64,000 nucleotides of DNA from the sequence record OQ603353.1; one strand, 5' to 3'. How positions within the stretch are numbered: position 1 is the first letter of the stretch; each line of letters opens with the position of its first letter. Below are positions 61,760 to 64,000 of the stretch, piece after piece. The position numbers were made by a program, and so were the translations under genes. The notes beneath the pieces were generated by a model, which was given only the letters and a program-made list of their open reading frames with translations, was not told where the DNA came from and ran no database searches.

Positions 61760-63151
61760 TTACTCTTCGTCTTCTTCGTCTTCTTCGTCTTCTTCGTCTT
61801 CTTCGTCTTCTTCGTCTTCCTCGTCTTCTTCGTCTTCCTCGTCTTCCTCGTCTTCTTCGTCTTCTTCGTCTTCTTCGTCTTCTTCGTCTTCTTCCTCTTC
61901 CTCGTCTTCGTCTTCTTCCTCTTCCTCGTCTTCTTCCTCTTCCTCTTCCTCGTCTTCTTCCTCTTCCTCGTCTTCTTCCTCTTCCTCGTCTTCTTCCTCT
62001 TCCTCTTCCTCATCCTTCTTGGACTTCTTGCCAGCAGCCTTCTTGCCACCCTTGGCCGGCTTCTCTTCTTCCTCCTCGTCTTCCTCGTCCTCTTCCTCAG
62101 CGTTCATCAGCTCCGCGATCTGCTCCTTGATTTCGTCGATCTGCGCTTGCAGCGACTCCAGAGACAGTTCCGACTTCTTGCCCTTACCCTTGGCAGCGGC
62201 CTTCGGCGCAGCCTTGGCAGCCTTCTTGCCACCCTTGGCCGGCTTCTCTTCTTCCTCTTCCTCTTCCTCTTCCTCTTCTTCGTCTTCTTCCTCTTCTTCG
62301 TCTTCTTCTTCCTCTTCCTCGTCTTCGTACTCTTCGTCTTCGTCGTCACCCTTCACCGACTTCTTGCCACCCTTGGCCGGCTTCTTGGCAGCGGCCTTCT
62401 TGCCACCCTTGGCCGGCTTCTCTTCCTCGGCGTCACCGCCAAAGGTGTAGATGCCCTCGTCGGCCAGATAGGTCAGGAAGCCCTTGAGGCCATCCTTGCT
62501 GTTGATCGGATCCAGCGTCGGCAGCAGCTTGGCGATGGCAGCACCGTTGCTGTGCTTCTTCACGTCAATGTCGCCGTCCTCGTAGATTTCCGAGGCCCAC
62601 TTGTTATGAGCGACAGCGATGGCCTTGGCCTGCTTGTCGGTCAGCTTCTTGGCTTCCTTCTGGATGTCCGCGATTTGCAGGCCATTGAAGACGGCGCGGC
62701 CAGCAGCGGCCTTGGTGTCCTTCTTGGCAGCGGCCTTGGCCGGAGCGGACTTGCCCTTACCCTTCGCAGCCGGCTTACCCTTGCCGCCCTTACCCTTGGC
62801 CGGAGCCTTGGCGCTCGACTTCTTGCTCACGACCTTGGCCGTCTTCTTGGTGGTGGCCTTGGCGTCCTTCTTCGGAGCAGCCTTGGCTGCGGTCTTCTTG
62901 GCGACCGGCTTCTTCGCAGCAGCCTTGGTGGTCTTGGCGGCAGCCTTCTTGGCCGGAGCAGCCTTGGTGGTCTTGGCAGCAGCCTTCTTCACGGCCGGCT
63001 TCTTGGCGGCAGCCTTCGGCGCAGCCTTGGTCTTGGTGGCCGGAGCCTTCTTCGCAGCGGTCTTCTTCACGGTGGTCTTTTCCGATTTGCCCTTGGCAGC
63101 AGCCTTGGTCTTGGTGGCGGCGGTCTTGGTGGTCTTCTTGGTGGTAGCCAT
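61760..63151 (-). CDS. histone-H1-like Lys/Ala-rich protein with very long poly-Glu/Asp tail
   Basis: N-terminal KKAAAK/KKP repeats, small central domain, acidic tracts separated by KPAKGGKK; AAGGA RBS before ATG 63151. Confidence 0.85.
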   Translation of the reverse strand: MATTKKTTKTAATKTKAAAKGKSEKTTVKKTAAKKAPATKTKAAPKAAAKKPAVKKAAAKTTKAAPAKKAAAKTTKAAAKKPVAKKTAAKAAPKKDAKATTKKTAKVVSKKSSAKAPAKGKGGKGKPAAKGKGKSAPAKAAAKKDTKAAAGRAVFNGLQIADIQKEAKKLTDKQAKAIAVAHNKWASEIYEDGDIDVKKHSNGAAIAKLLPTLDPINSKDGLKGFLTYLADEGIYTFGGDAEEEKPAKGGKKAAAKKPAKGGKKSVKGDDEDEEYEDEEEEEEDEEEEEDEEEEEEEEEEEEKPAKGGKKAAKAAPKAAAKGKGKKSELSLESLQAQIDEIKEQIAELMNAEEEDEEDEEEEEKPAKGGKKAAGKKSKKDEEEEEEEDEEEEEDEEEEEDEEEEEEEDEEEEEDEDEEEEEDEEDEEDEEDEEDEEDEEDEEDEEDEEDEEDEEDEEDEEDEE

Positions 63152-63194
63152 GTGAAACAGTTTCCTTATAAGGATGAATGGTTGGGTAGTACGT

Positions 63195-63276
63195 ACATGG
63201 TTGGCCGTTCGGCGAACTCGTCCATGCCCGAATTCGCTAAAGTGTGCAGCGCCGTCCGGCCTAGCTCGCCGCTGCA
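63195..63276 (-). ncRNA. structured 5' leader: hairpin plus H-type pseudoknot
   Basis: 7-bp stem (63245-51/63270-76); 9-bp stem (63212-20/63229-37) whose loop GCAUGG pairs with CCAUGU (63195-63200). Confidence 0.55.
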
Positions 63277-63283
63277 TATCCCT

Positions 63284-63291
63284 TATTTACA
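63284..63291 (-). promoter_or_regulatory. candidate phage promoter TGTAAATA
   Basis: AATCCTGTAAATA on the minus strand upstream of the H1-like gene. Confidence 0.65.
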
Positions 63292-63294
63292 GGA

Positions 63295-63564
63295 TTACTC
63301 GCCAGCGTACTTTCGCTGGAACAGGTACGCTTCAACGTCGCCGATGGTCACCCACTTCTCAGCGTCCTCATCCGACACTTCGATCTGGAAGGTTTCCTCC
63401 AGTTCCATCAGCAGTTCGATCAAGTCGAGCGAATCTGCCCCGAGGTCAGAGACAAGGCTGGCGGTGGGGAGAACCTCTTCCGGCTTGACGCCGAGGAACT
63501 CCACTACCGCGTCGGTCACCCGCTTATGCAGGGTGGGGTAAAGGGGACTTTGTTCGATGCTCAT
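63295..63564 (-). CDS. acpP: acyl carrier protein
   Basis: DLGADSLDLIELLMELEETFQIEVSDEDAEKWVTIGD with the phosphopantetheine Ser. Confidence 0.93.
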   Translation of the reverse strand: MSIEQSPLYPTLHKRVTDAVVEFLGVKPEEVLPTASLVSDLGADSLDLIELLMELEETFQIEVSDEDAEKWVTIGDVEAYLFQRKYAGE

Positions 63565-63589
63565 AAGTACCGTCCTGTGGATGTGTCAG

Positions 63590-63597
63590 TATTTACA
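63590..63597 (-). promoter_or_regulatory. candidate phage promoter TGTAAATA
   Basis: CTGTAAATA on the minus strand upstream of ACP. Confidence 0.62.
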
Positions 63598-63640
63598 GTA
63601 TTGAGGTGGCCGGAGCCACCTCAAGTTGCCCCAAGTGGGG

Positions 63641-64000
63641 TCAGTCGTCCAAGCTCTCGAAGAGATCCGCGAGGTTGGCTCGGCTGACCACCCGGACCAG
63701 CTGGTCCTGCTGGATGAGGGCGTTAGTGAACACCGGATTGCCTTGGCGATTGCGGCGCACTTCGTACATGATCTTGAAGTTGTCCCACCGGACTGCCCTG
63801 CCTTGCGTCTTGATGCCCCGGTCAGCCTCGATCACAAGGGCTCGCGTGTTGGCACTGCTGTCCGTCCACTTGACCTCCACCACGCAGCCCGGTTGCACGT
63901 CTACAAACTTGACCCCGATCGGATAGCCCCCGTTGACCTTCACGTTGTTCATCTTGAAGGCCGTGTTGGAGTGGTGCACAATGTAGTCAGCGTTGAAGTG
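63641..64000 (-). CDS. hypothetical protein (5' truncated by window end)
   Basis: Frame open to the window edge. Confidence 0.6.
   Translation of the reverse strand, partial: HFNADYIVHHSNTAFKMNNVKVNGGYPIGVKFVDVQPGCVVEVKWTDSSANTRALVIEADRGIKTQGRAVRWDNFKIMYEVRRNRQGNPVFTNALIQQDQLVRVVSRANLADLFESLDD

Noticed and set aside
61682-63541. Plus-strand poly-Phe/Val (619 aa) and poly-Ser ORFs, and the minus-strand Lys/Thr/Arg ORF at 61750-62049
   Set aside because: Alternative frames of the Glu/Asp and Lys/Ala repeats of the H1-like gene.

Overview
64 kb segment of a large (probably jumbo) GC-rich, tailed dsDNA bacteriophage. No structural, lysis, integrase, rRNA, tRNA or CRISPR features were seen. (1) 0.1-15.8 kb, + strand: replication/recombination block (acidic-tailed protein fragment, RecA/UvsX, QueD, MmcB-like nuclease, NADAR, SbcD/Mre11, 5'-3' exonuclease, DnaX clamp loader, SbcC/Rad50, SLOG/DUF2493). 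(2) 15.8-46.5 kb, + strand: dense small hypothetical genes, a motif-rich, largely non-coding block at about 18-19.3 kb, a host sigma70 promoter at 23.16 kb, and stand-alone His-rich enzyme genes (ADP-ribosyltransferase, GNAT-like, plus an ART remnant). (3) 46.6-53.6 kb, + strand: MazG-like, thioredoxin, NrdA (with a ~110-aa insertion), NrdB, primase. (4) 53.8-64 kb, - strand: 5'(3')-deoxyribonucleotidase, sigma-like protein, HNH, H1-like/poly-acidic protein, acyl carrier protein. Four dispersed non-coding motifs were found by eye: TGTAAATA (9 copies, candidate phage promoter), TGCCA-N3-TGGCA (9 copies, candidate operator), CTAATTTCAG (2 copies, only before the His-rich genes) and GCAAGGATTT (3 intergenic blocks). 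The best candidates for undescribed biology are the His-rich enzyme cassettes, two sub-60-aa ORFs sharing an ArfA-like basic tail, the operator/promoter grammar, and an H-type pseudoknot in the leader of the H1-like gene. All function calls come from motif recognition only; no database search was run.
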